Below the pieces are notes generated by a model, which was not told where the DNA came from, did no database searches, and saw nothing but the letters and a program-made list of their open reading frames with translations. A stretch of DNA of 64,000 bases, taken from Callorhinchus milii. Its lineage: Eukaryota. A program made the position numbers and the translations under genes. This document shows positions 51,905-64,000 of this stretch, piece after piece. Location of the stretch: contig NW_024704742.1 of NCBI RefSeq assembly GCF_018977255.1, positions 92,382,001 to 92,446,000 of the forward strand, in the 5' to 3' direction. The stretch's first letter is position 1. Each line of letters opens with the position of its first letter.

Positions 51905-52205
51905 AACAGCACAGACAGCAGCCAAGATCCCTCTGCTCTATCCCTCAGCCTCTGAACAGCACCCTCTGCTGCACCAAAGTAATATTTTCATGTCTCACAC
52001 CAGTCAACCTTGTTGTGCGTCTGAGTGAGATTGTTAATTTTGTGCCAATTTAGGGCAGTTTTATTCTTTGGGCCCATGTCCACTAGGATGTGGGTTGAGT
52101 CGGCTGAATTTCAGATAGAACATTTACAGCCAGCAGAGAGGAAGCTTTCATTCTAATCTGGCCGTGTTTGAACTTGGAGGTGAATGGATTGAATACTAAC
52201 CCAAT
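51905..52205 (-). mobile_element. LF-SINE-like element
   Basis: Minus strand ttcacctc..ttcaaa, ctg.tggctg, cctagtggaca, aattggcac motifs resemble the LF-SINE consensus (from recall). Confidence 0.5.
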
Positions 52206-52289
52206 GTACTACAAACAAGCATGAAAGATAAAATGCTGCAAAGGTTCGTGCATTGCTTGTTTGGGAAGGTTATATGGTTTGTTTGAACT

Positions 52290-52790
52290 ACCCCCTTTCA
52301 TGTCGGGAGGACGTCCCAAGGTGCTGGACAATCAGGGACCTGGACCCGAGCAGGGAGTTGGGATCATGAGGGTGGAGGGCAGGTAGGATAGGGGTAGAAG
52401 GATGATTGAAGGCAGAGTCAAAGAGGAGGGTTTTGAGACATGCCTGGAAGGATGCAAGGGAGGGAGGAAGGCAAAGGGACTGTGGGATGAAGTTCTAAAG
52501 GGTGGAGGCGGAGAGGCTGAAGGCCTGACCGCCTATGATGGGCCAGACCGGACGGGATGTGGATCAGGCCGCAGCCTTCTGAGCGGAGGGAGCGGACAGA
52601 TCCATCTGGCGTTAGCAGGTCACAGAGGTAGGAAGTCACAAGATCATGGAGGGCTTTGAAGACGAGGACTAGGATTTTGAGCTCTATCGCCTGGGGGATG
52701 GGGAGCCAGTGCAGGGCGAGGATGAAGGTGAGAGGGTCATGGAGCCTGATGCGGGGGAGGGCACAAGCTGCAGTGTTCTGAATGATGTAA
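52290..52790 (-). mobile_element. L2 LINE 3' fragment
   Basis: YLCDLLTP..VRSLRS peptide; 3' stem-loop. Confidence 0.85.
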
Positions 52791-52859
52791 TTTAGTGATT
52801 CTCAACCTGCCGCTTGCTGACGCCTTTTTTTTGTTCAGCCGGGTAATAACTTGTGCCGA

Positions 52860-53465
52860 AACCCATCACCGTGCTTAAGAGTGTCCAAGCCAGACAACTT
52901 CACACATATACTACCAAAGGCTGTAAATTTCCCTGTATCTGCAATAGAAATGCCCACTGTCATCCTAGAGAGATGTACCATGTGTACCTAATTCCAGTGA
53001 GTATTAGACAGGCTGGCAAGAGCTAAGGCTTGGAGACTGGAGTTTCTACTGGAGTTCACTCATCTAAAACCACATAGCTTGCCATTGTGAGGTCTTGGTA
53101 AGCTTCCCACTGCTTGTCCTGCCAGGACCTTCCTACCTGTTTCAGATTTGGCTTGCAGGATTAGCAAAAGTCTAGTGGAAGAATCCCTGCCCCCAAGGAC
53201 TGGTCAGCCTCTAAGTCCTGCTGTTGAGCCAGACTGGCTGTGCTGCCATCAGCAGTGCCCTGGAGTACTGCAGACCCACATGACTCAGGAACCGAACTAC
53301 TGAGGTTGCTACAGAGGGTTGATTTGATGGCAACAATTTGTTGCAAACATGTCACCTTGGAGCCATATAGGGGTTTAAAAGCTCATCCCCAAGGAGGCCT
53401 CATTTGCCTGCCTCTTATTCTCATCGCTCCCCACCCTTGGAGCTGATCAATTGATGTTTGACAAA
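52860..53465 (-). mobile_element. RTE-X-like 3' UTR copy
   Basis: Colinear with 44760-45350. Confidence 0.65.
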
Positions 53466-53714
53466 TATAGGTTTACTGATGACTTCTGGAGCCAGAATTT
53501 CATTTCAGATACAAGGACAGGTTGTGTCCCCCAAAATAATCTACTGCTTACAATTGTAAAATGTCAGTGCTTACCAATAATTTGAAAATAATTTTTTAAT
53601 GTGGTGTTTGAAGTATTGCATTCTGTAACACGCTCCCACCCCCCCCCCCCCCCATTCCCAACCACATACCCATTCACGATATGTGCCACCTTGCCTGTAA
53701 GATGTACGAGCCAG

Positions 53715-54655
53715 TGTCAAACCCATTTTGGTGACATCATTCGTAGACATGGGGTCAACTTCCACATGTACATGGATGATGCGCAACTCTTTCTCTCTGC
53801 TGCCACCCTCGATCCCAGGACAACTGCTGTCCTGACAGACTGCCTGTTAGACGTCAAGTCCTGGATGAGAGCTACCTTTCTATAGTTGAATGTCAGCAAG
53901 ATGGAGGCTCTCCTGATTGGCTCACGCCAACGCCCCCCCATCTCAGGCACTGGCAACATCAGCATCCACGGATGCACTCTCCACCTCTCTAAGCCAGTCA
54001 GGAACCTAGGCGTCTTGTTCAACCCTCAACTGTCCTTTCTCCTCCATATCAGTACCATGACCAACTCTGCATTCCCCGACCTCCGCAACATTGTTCAAAT
54101 CCACCACTGCCTCACCCCTCAGACCCCTGAAACCTTCATACGTCCTTCATTACAACCAGGCTCAACTATGCCAACTGCCCTGTTTATCGGGCTTCCCAAC
54201 TCTTCACTCCACAAACTGCAGATCATCCAGAACTCTGCAGCTCATGTCCTCTCCCGCACCAGGCTCCGTGAACCCATCACCCCCACCCTCGCCCGGCTCC
54301 ACTGGCTCCCCATCCCTCAGGAATGAGTTCAAAATTCTTAGCTTTACCTTCAAGGCCCTACATGGCATTGCCCCCTGCTACCTCTCCAACCTGCTACCCC
54401 CTTATCAGCCTGTCCGCTCCCTCCGCTCAGCAGGCTCCGAGCTGCTCCACATCTCTGTCCTCCTTCAAGGCACACCCCAAGATCCTCCTCTTCGTCCGTA
54501 ACTTCGGCCACCCTCCTAACCCTCACAACCCTCCACCCTCCCTGATTCCAAACCCCCCCCCCACCACCACCACGCTCAGTTCCTAAGCCCTGACTGTTCA
54601 GCGCCTTGGCTCGTCCTCCCAATATAAAAGGCGCGTTATGAATGTAATTTTGAAT
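53715..54655 (+). mobile_element. L2 LINE, 5'-truncated
   Basis: HGVNFHMYMDDAQL, KMEALLIG, LQIIQNSAA and LHWLP peptides. Confidence 0.92.
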
Positions 54656-55114
54656 TGTATTTATTGAATTCAGAAAGAAACTAATATCTTGTATTTTATT
54701 CACAAGATTCAGTTAAAATCATTTGTCCCATCGTATTTCTTGTTTGTCACCATGACCTACCACTCATAGGTGAACAAATGCGCCCAACTTGCTCCATGGT
54801 GGTAAGGTTCTAAAATCCAATTTTGCTGACATAGATTTGTTTAAAGTTTCAAAGTTACAAAAAGAGACCTGTAATAATTCAGTAGCAGGTTATTAAATCC
54901 CAATTTTCATCCATCACCTGAAGGGATGCCTTATGTATATATTGTTCTTGTGCGTGCCCAGTTAATTAATGCTCACTTGTGGAGAGAGGGAGAGAACTAA
55001 ATTAAAATCAGGATTAGGAAACAAAACAAATGCAAACAATTATAGTAAACTCCTGATATATTGTCACTCCAAGGAAAAAGCTCAATCATTCTACATTGGG
55101 GTGAGTACAGTACC

Positions 55115-55779
55115 AAAAACTTGCATTTATATAGCACCCTTCATGCAGGGTAGTGTCTCAGTGCTCTGGTGGAGCCTGACACTGAGCTGGGGGGAGGTGA
55201 CCGTAAGCATTGAGGGAGAGATGGATTGAGGGAGAGAGTTCCAAAGTTTCGGGAAGTAGTGACTGAAAGTTTGACCGCCAATGGTGGAGTGGAGGGGACA
55301 CGGGACAAGCAGGAGGCCAGAGCCAGCCGAGTGGAGGCTGCAGATGGTGGAGTGGGGAGTAAGCAGATCGGAGAGATTGGGAGGTAACAGGGTCTGGAGG
55401 GATTTGTGGATGAGTGTGAGGATCTTGAAGTTGATCTGTTCTGTGATAGGAAGCCAGTGGAGCCTGGCGAGGACTGGTGTGAAGGGGGTAAAGCTACTTT
55501 TGCAACTTTCAACTTTGGACTGCTCCATTTAAGCCAGTGTCTCAAAAGCACCACAACAGTCAATGGCCTCCCTGAACAATTTCTCTCATCAGAACATGAA
55601 ACAACAGCACCAGCCAAAATAATTCAGTAGCAGGTTATTAAATCCCAATTTTCATCCCATCACCTGAAGGGATGCCTTATGTGTATGTTGTTCTTGTGCG
55701 TGCCCAGTTAATTAATGCTCACTCCGAGACGCCGTCCGGCGTGGAGGGTGCTATATAACTCCAAGTTGTTGTTGTTGTT
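55115..55779. mobile_element. Composite insertion: L2 (-) + copy of 59129-59256 (inverted) + copy of 54873-54977 (direct) + L2-type tail (+)
   Basis: Direct comparison of segments within the window. Confidence 0.85.
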
Positions 55780-56356
55780 ATGGAGTACAGTGTGAGTGAG
55801 TATACAAGTGGAGAAGTTTTAAATTAGTTAGATTTTGTAAACAGTGGAGCTGGGGAGACCGACGAGGAGGACATTGGAATAGTCGAAGTGGGAGGTGATG
55901 AAAGTGTGGCCGAGAATTTCGGCTGCCTGGGTGTGACTAAGTAAAGCATGAGTCCTTGGTGGCCACTCGGGGCTTGGTGTCCAGGAGGACTTACCAACAC
56001 ACCTCTGCAGAGCAAGCAGCTGTGTGTGTTACAGAGCGGCCCTGGCCCCCATGACTGTCAGTGTATTTGTTAAAACTGGTTTAAGTAACTCCAGTATAAT
56101 TTCATGTACAGGCATATATATCTATAAATGTGCTTGTTTTCTGTTACTTATTTCTGTTACTCTATTGGAACCTGTGTACTTCTTGGGAGATGTACCGTAG
56201 TATATTGAAGAAAATACTGTATTTCCAGTTTATATGTGAACACCAAACATCTTTGTGTAATAAACAATTTACATACAGCAAAATACGCTGTTCAGTGTTT
56301 TCAACATGACAAAACATGGCAGACTGTCGTGTCACTCATTCGCCTTACAAATGGGC

Positions 56357-56712
56357 GTGGAGTCCTGTAGCTCAGTGGTTAGACCATTCGCCTCGCAAGC
56401 GAGAGACCTGGGCTCGATTCCTGGGCAGGGCGAAATGTTGAGCAAGTTTCCTTACTCCACACGCCTCTGTTTACCTAGCAGTAAGTAGGAACCCGATTGT
56501 TAGTCGATTTGTGGATCGCTTTTCTGGGAGTAATAATTGGTCACTCAATCCACGACTTTGTGGGACACTGCTGTGCGCAATTGGTTACTGCGTTTCTCCC
56601 ACAAAATATACAGTCAATCCACTTTACAGTTTAGTCTGTCCATGCTTTGAGATGTCTCGAAGATGTGATAAGGCACTATATCAAATGCAAGGATTATTGT
56701 TATATTATTATA
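56357..56712 (+). mobile_element. SINE family A, full length (tRNA head, Deu-like core, L2-like tail; resembles elephant-shark SINE2-1_CM)
   Basis: tagctcagtgg A-box, ctcgattcc B-box, (ATT)n tail; family name is from recall. Confidence 0.88.
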
Positions 56713-57819
56713 TAAATGCACAACTTTCACCGGGTGAGTTTAAGCACCTTGCCACTCTGTATTTCTAGCAATACCATTTGAGTAATGCTACTGAAAACTA
56801 CAAAACAACTGCAAATCAGAAATTTAAAAAAAGTAGCTCGCAAGGTGCTATAATAATCTCAGTCTACTTGGGGAAAAATAGTCCGTGATAAGTCAGATAG
56901 TTGATGTTTCCCTGTGCTAGACAGCTCATTACAAGAGTTTGCTAAGCAGCCCAGCTGGCTGAGTTCATTCTGATGATGTATCCGATATTTTACTTACTTA
57001 CTGGGATGTATAGAATGCCTCTTTATATGTAAGAAGTAGCCAGGATAATAAAAGCATCATGATATAAGCCATGTGATGAATTAAGCCGGGGTATTATTAT
57101 CAGCAGTTCACTGTATTTCCCCCTCGAAACAGAATTGTTGTGCTAAACCCTACCACTGCTGACCCATCAAGTCAACAGAGGTCAGGGATCGGCCTTGAGA
57201 TTTTCTTGTTCTCTATTGTTTGGTGTTATTGTATTTAGTATCGTTATCCAATAGATTGACAGAACTTTGAAGGTTTTATGATTTGGAACTTCTGAATGTA
57301 TTCATTATTTAACATACACTAAGGTTCCTAATCCATATTATTGATGGGAAATTTTGGTTTTGATTAGAAATACTTGAATTAGGATTTGCAGCAAAAAGCA
57401 AGAAGACTGGGGCCAAATTGCAAAGTGAATGAGCAATGAACGTTAACTTTACAGTTTTGGAAGAAAGTGGCTGAGGGGCATGGAGTCTCTTCAAAATGTA
57501 TAAAATATGAAATGATACAGATAAGATAAATCCAGACTAATACTTTTAAGTAGGACTGGATTGCATAATTTATTGCAAAGTAAACTGAGAATAAATATCA
57601 AAAGTGTTTTTATTCCAGAATGGATAGATGTTTACATTGATTCATAAATCACTCCAATTGAGCCAAAAGCATTCAGGATACAAAATTAGAATCCGTGATG
57701 GGAGGGAGAGATGATGTGCTTGAGGGTAACGTTTGATGGACTGAATGACTCTTTCTCATTCCCTTTATTACGTATTCAATTGAAGGATGTTTACTTATTA
57801 TTTCTACATTTGTGTTAAA

Positions 57820-58140
57820 ATAATACGAATAATCCTTGCATTTGATATAGCACCTTATCACGTCTTTGAGCCGTCTCACAGAATATATTGTAAAGTGAAT
57901 TGACTGTATATTTTGTGGGCGAAGCGTGGCAGGCAATTGAGCACAGCAGTGTCTCATAAACAGTCGTGGATTGAGTGACCGAATTATTGTATTTATACAG
58001 CACAGAAGGAGGCCATTTGGCCCATCGTGCCCTTGCCAGCTCTTTGAAAGAGCTATACAAATTAATCCCACACCCCCACACTCTCCCCAACTAGTCCCCA
58101 CTACCCCGCGCTTTCCCCAATCAGTCCCACTCCCCGCTAC
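57820..58140 (-). mobile_element. SINE family A 3' part adjoining a CR1 3' fragment
   Basis: SINE 57820-57990; [16 protein letters not shown] CR1 end with tandem repeats 57990-58140. Confidence 0.7.
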
Positions 58141-59914
58141 TGAATCCTAGATTCTATAGAATCATGTTCTTTTGAGACGTTTGTTTTTGATGAGGACAAA
58201 ACAGTGAATCTCACATCACCAGACACACAAACACACACAAGGGTGACCCACACACTTGTTGAGATTTATCTCCCGCCCCCTCCTTCCTTCCTCTCTCTCT
58301 TCAGTTCCTTCAGTAGTTTGTTTTGGTATAAAAGCTAGAGATCTATTTGAAATCCCACAATTTGGAAAGCTGGAGAAGCACATGAGAGAACTAGAAGCTG
58401 CGATGTGGGGATGGGAAGAGAGGGAAGATTATTCGAAAATATGCACACAGAAGAAATGAGTATGTGCACATACAAGAAATGAGTGTGCAATGAATATGTA
58501 CTGCCATTTAGAATGTATTCACTTCCCTATTGGGTATATGCTCACCACTGCAAGTTTGCTGGGCTGACTGATGAGTATTGATTCTAACGTACTTTAATCC
58601 ATGGTCCTGGATATTTCAGAAGTTGTAACCATCATGGTGATACTAACAAGTTGCAGAATGTCAAGATATATGCAGTCTTTATTACATCAGTGTCATGACC
58701 GCCATTCCCCATCTGAAACTAAGAAATCTGGTATGGTGATGTGCATCCGAATGATCTAAAATTGAGGGCAGATCTAGCTTTGTTATTGAGGAGTTGACAG
58801 AAAATACCATGGCTAAGGCTGTTCTGGCTATACTTGCATCAAATGCTGTCTAGGAAAAGACAAAGACCTTTTCCTAAAATATATTTGTGGCCTTGGTTTT
58901 GTGTTTTCCTTGGCATAGTTTTCCTGGATTTCAAAAGGTTTCTGCAGATTGTTTGGAGAATGTCAAGGGGAGCTTTATCCTTCAGGGGACTTGTTTTCAG
59001 TACTGTATCCCATTCTACACCAGGCAGGAGAAAATGTGTCAACACTGCATCTCAGCCAATGTTTTATTGGCTCTGGGTTTGTTGATTTAATTGTCATCAA
59101 TTGCCCACATGCCATTGGGAAACACACATTTGGCTGTTGCTTCATGTTCTGCTGAGAGATGAGAGAAATTGTCCAGGGAGGCATTGACTGTTGTGGTACT
59201 TTGAGGCACTGGCTTAAATGGAGCAGTCCAAAGTTGAAAGTCGCAAAAGTAGCTTTCAATACTGAGTCATGGTAAGAGGCATTCCCTTTACTAACTGCAT
59301 GCTGTATATTTGTGGCTGTGCTTAGCTTCGATTCAGCACGGCATACGGTGGATAAAAGATTAAACTTGTCTTGATCTTTTCTATGAATCGCACTGTTTTA
59401 AACTTTGTTCAGTGAAAGAGTTCTTGATCTTATGCAGCGCATACTAATTTATAATTTGTCATGTATTCTTTGTTTTCCCAAGACTTGTGAGAACTATATC
59501 CGTTGCCCAGCCTAGCTCACTGTATAGGCATCCTGGTTCTTCTCATGTTTTCACCCATGATGTGAATTAATTTTAATGATTACCTTGCTTGACAGGCCTC
59601 ATGTTTAAAATTAAATCTCTTTTTGATAATGTCAGTCAAAAATGCAACAGTCAATGGTCGAATGTAAGTTTGACTCATAAAAATTGTTATAATTTATACT
59701 GTATGTGTGGGCCTCAGAAAGGAAGAGGGAGTATTTGATAAAAACTTGTATCTCCGTTGCTCTCTGTTCCTTACCTCAGTGCTGTCTCTCAATCACTTTG
59801 AGCTACAAGTGCCTTCAGGAGATGCTGGTGGACAACATATTTTATTTGCCTGTAAAAGTCTTTGGTGGGGTGGTGGGAGGTATTTATTAGTCAGATGTCT
59901 GAACCATGCAATCA

Positions 59915-60545
59915 CCCATACCATGCTTAAAATATCCATATCAGACTGAGCTCCACCTAATCATCCTGCCTACACATGATGATTTCCTTGTGTCTAGAAT
60001 TAAATGTACACTCTACCCAGAAGGATGCCCCTGTTTGCCTATTCTTTTGAGTATTGGGTGTAGATTGGCAACATGTGGGAGGTATTGCTGGAACGTAACC
60101 AGCTAAACCACACAGTGTGGCATTGTGAGCACTGTCTGGCAAGCTTCCTGCTGCTTCTCCAACAAGGATCACGAGGCAGAGAGACTCCTGGATAGAGTTC
60201 CAGAGAGTGGGGGCAGAAAAACTAAAAGCCGGACTGCCGATAGTGGAGCAGGAGACGTGCAGTGTGTGCTGAGCAGAGTGGACAGGTTGGTGAGGTTTTA
60301 ATGGGTCGCAGAAGTAGGGACGAGCAAGACAAGACCATGGAGAGGGCAAGGATCTTGATCCCGATCCTCTGGGGGATGAGGAGCCTGTGAAGCCGGGCGA
60401 GGATGGGGTTGATTGGCTCACAAAGTGGGAGAGGACACGAGCTACAGAGTTCTGAATAATCTGCATCTTGTGGAGGGAACGGTTGGGAAGTCCAACGAGC
60501 AGGGAGTTAGCGTAATCAAGCTTGGACGTAATGAAAGCGTCCAGA
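59915..60545 (-). mobile_element. RTE-X-like UTR fragment (59915-60160) and L2 fragment (60185-60545)
   Basis: AFITSKLDYANSLLVGLP...QIIQNS and AFSFSAPTLWNSI peptides; UTR homology. Confidence 0.75.
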
Positions 60546-62039
60546 TAGGAATCATGGGGAAGAATGTCTACCCCAGTTATTGTTCTGTCCCTCCCAATTC
60601 CAGCAAGTACCAGAAGCTCCTTGAGAACCATTGAAAGTCTAACTTCATTGTTTTATTTGTGAAGCAGCAAACTGATACTGAACCTACCTTTTGGAGTGCA
60701 GCATCTCTTGCATTCAACTTGCTCGAGACAAAATTAAATTAGACTCTTAACATTTTCCCACCAAAGGCGGCCTTAAGATCTCTTCAGATTGTTCTCTACC
60801 CTGATGTGTGCACTTTCAGCTGGCGTTTAGGATTCACAGTGTTTTAAGTTGGCGCAATATTATCTTTAAGAGAGGTCCTGGACTCATACGAATGTGACGT
60901 TTCTGACTGTCTAGGCGTCAGGTTTCATTTCAACCATTGACAAGTAGGTCTTTCACTATGTGTGCCAGTTTGCTTTGGTGAGCAGTGAGTGTGTAATTTC
61001 TTGTCCACTAAATGCAAAGTGTGGTGAAAAATACTTTTACATTTAAATCCCATCTGGTTCTGTATTGATCAAATAATTAGCACAAGCAAACGAAGACTTT
61101 GTTGTGTTTTAAAACTTCTATTGAGCCTGGCTGGTTTGTTTAATGGAACAAATTTGAGCTTTTACAGATACACATGTTTGTCATTATAACAAGCAGAGTG
61201 CAGGAGGACACCTTTTCTGTGGGTGACCATGTGCATTAAACAAAAAGTCCGACCACACTATTCCTTTACAATTCTCCTCTTATCAATGGGGCTGGCATTC
61301 ATTCAGATAACGTGGTTTCCTTTTCAAAAAGAGGGATTAACATCACAAATCTGTATTGGTGCAATGGCTGGACAGCTTTTTTCACTCTCCGGTGTCTGTA
61401 TCCTATGGCCGTATGGAAGAATATGTTGAGAAAAATAATATGAGAAGATTGTTTTTAGGTATCTTGCCCATTGAAAACTTTTCTCCATATCGTTTCAGCT
61501 GTAAAATCTATAAATTGAGAGGTTTTTCAAGTGTAAACCTGTAAATCCTCTACAATGTATTAAAGGACAAAATATCTGTAAAAAAAATTGTGAACCTGTT
61601 GGGATTAATTTTTCTTACAACTGCAGTGGAATAAACATCTTTGTTAGTTGGCAGTAGTGTCTGTGTAAATTTGGTGTTTATAAACCAGAGGACTAAAATC
61701 ATCAGTTTTGGGTTCCTCAAGATCAAGATGTCTTGCAGAGGTTTGCAAAATTCTTAAATTCAGTCTCAATACCGAGGGCTGTTTTTAAACAGCTATTAAT
61801 AACCACTGTAAAGACAGCTTCAAAATTCACTCAATTCTTCTTGGAATTGAGAATTGTTTTCGTATGGCATTTGTCAAGAGTTTTTTCGGAAATGTTGGTT
61901 TAAAGTCTTGAAAATAAACCCACCTCTGACAGTGCAGTGCTGTACTCAGGTGTCAGCTTAGGCGTCGGCTTAGACTACGAACTCAAGATTCTTGGGTCTT
62001 TAAAAGCTGCAACATTCTGTCTCGTGTTGGGGGAAAATA

Positions 62040-62395
62040 TTATAATAATTCTTGCATTTGATATTGCTTCTTGCCAGATTGGGCGAGGTGTATCAAAGTG
62101 CTTCACAGGATATACTGTAAAGTGCAGTGATTGTATTTTGTAGGCAAACGCAGCAGCCAGTTGGCACTTAGCAATATCCTACAAACAGCCATAAGGTGAG
62201 TGACCAATTTTACGTGGAGGATTGTTGGCCAGGACACAGGGAGACACGACTTTCTCTTTTCAGATGCTGCCACGGGATTCTTAGCATCCACCTGAACAGG
62301 TAGACAAGACCTTGGTTTAAGTGTCTCAACTGAAGGATGGGGTACATCCAATGCAGCGCTTTCCCGCCACTGCATCAGAGCGCAATCTGAGACTG
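62040..62395 (-). mobile_element. SINE family B
   Basis: Core and tail match. Confidence 0.75.
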
Positions 62396-63196
62396 TGAAA
62401 GGGAAGGGCATCAAAGGGGTTAACACTGGTAAAGCATTTCAGCATTTATACAGAGGCGTGATACATTTCAAATGCAATTGAGAAACTGAGCACAAATTTT
62501 TAAGGAGGAATGGGAGTGGGGGGAGTTGGAGAGTGATGTGATAGTTTTCAGAAACTTCAGGGTAGTACAGGAACAAAATATTCCAGAGTAAAATATTTTT
62601 AGAAGTAGTACGGGTTTGGGGTGGGGTTAGTAATTGGGGGCATTGGAACAAGAGCAGAACGTTGGTCTAATTCCACCAATTTATTGGGATCATGACTGAT
62701 TTGTTAATCCTGTTTCCATGCTTTTTGTCCCCATCCCCTTAAAGCCCTTATTTCTGCATTTATTACATAGCCTATTTATCTGATTTTTTTTGGTGGTGAA
62801 TTTCAATGAAGGAAGATTGTTAGCTGGGAAAACTGAGGAATTCCCTAAGTGTCTTTGTAGATTCCCTTAATGCAGCTTGAATCGCAAGGCAGATGGGATT
62901 AAGAATTCAATACGACCTGAGGAATGATATAGAAATGCTTGCATTAATGTAAATGTGCATTCACAATGGCTCTCTGAATTAGCACCAACCTTGAGAACAA
63001 AATAAGGGAGTTCTCAGAGTGTCTTCAGGTGTGCTTTTTAAATCAGCACAATTGGACTAATTGGTAAGATGCAGCAGCAGTACATATTCCCTGGTGTCAG
63101 GGAATAAAGCATGGAAATAACTAATCTAAAGGTTGGAGAGTATTTAGGAAAGTGATCATGCGATGATTGTATTGGAGAGTGATTGAGCTATAAGTG

Positions 63197-63575
63197 TGTC
63201 AGCCTGGCTCAGTTGGTAGCACTCTCATCTCAGAGTCAGAACATTGTGGGTTCAAGCCCCACATTTGGATTTGGGGCTCTAATGTTGGGTGGGGAGATGT
63301 GTGTGTGTGTGTTTGTGTGCTGCATTGCTGGAGGTGCCATACTTCGGATGAGACGTTAAACAAAGGCCCCATCTACCAATACAGGTGGATGTTAAAGATC
63401 CTATGGTCCTGTTTGAAAAGAGAAAGGAGTTTTCTGATCGACAGTCCTCCAGATTAAATCGGTCGCTCACTTCATGGCTGTTTGTGGGACATTACGAATT
63501 GGCTGTCGCGTTCGACCATGAAATATAGTTGTTACACTTTACAGTAATTTCCTGTGTAAATTCAAGTATTATTGT
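63197..63575 (+). mobile_element. SINE family B
   Basis: gtcagcctggctcagttggtagcac head, ggttcaagccc B-box, core. Confidence 0.85.
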
Positions 63576-64000
63576 TAGGCTTACTATCACAATAGGTAGA
63601 GGAGATACCACAGGTTAGAGGTTGTTGGTTGGAAAGGAGCACATTATAGAGTGATTGAAAATCAAAGCCGTACAGGTTAAAATTAGAGGGAAACACTTCA
63701 GGTAAAATAGACCAGCAGTGGGAAAACTATAAGATGAGTAGGATTCAGAGTAAGCACCATCCAACTAGGAGTAAAGACGTTGCATTAAAGATTGGAGTTT
63801 GCATTTTGTGGATGAGCAAGGAGGCAAGTTCAAAAATAAGCACGTAATATAGGTCTGCTAAAACAGGATAACTGACAGAGCAAAAAGAGTTTCTAAAGGT
63901 TAAGACTATGAGGTATGAAAACAATTATGGTAAAAAAACAATATGTTCAAACAACAAAGATATTCAATGAAGGAGTTGTGCAACTAAAGAGACAAGGATG

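Noticed and set aside
56357..56432. tRNA-like sequences (also 2858, 8667, 16224, 63197)
   Set aside because: SINE heads continuous with SINE bodies, not tRNA genes
46456..64000. ANP32B exon 2 (expected V[KR]ELVLDN...)
   Set aside because: Not found by eye; probably lies beyond the window
1..64000. CRISPR arrays, operons or prokaryotic defence systems
   Set aside because: Sequence is spliced vertebrate DNA; no repeat-spacer array seen

Overview
Repeat-rich vertebrate genomic DNA. The SINE/L2/CR1 content suggests a cartilaginous fish, possibly a chimaera such as Callorhinchus (inferred, not verified). Two divergently oriented protein-coding genes could be rebuilt by hand from splice sites, although the ORF track largely misses them. 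The first is a complete four-exon hemogen (HEMGN) gene on the minus strand (CDS 14001..5208, 156 aa) with a GATA/CACCC/E-box erythroid-type promoter. The second is coding exon 1 of an ANP32 gene on the plus strand (46402..46455, MDMKKRIHLELRNRTPTD), assigned to ANP32B by synteny; its intron 1 runs past the window end. Nearly all long ORFs in the track are L2/CR1 LINE fragments or microsatellite/CpG-island artefacts. The most unusual observations are a back-to-back pair of L2 chimeras that captured local ANP32B intron sequence, an apparently TE-free island with microexon-like segments beside an assembly gap, an RTE-X-like LINE with a long repeated 3' UTR, a decayed Penelope-type hammerhead, several TIR elements and a (GA)n-dependent uORF. 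I found no novel biological system that I can establish from sequence alone. Repeat boundaries are approximate.
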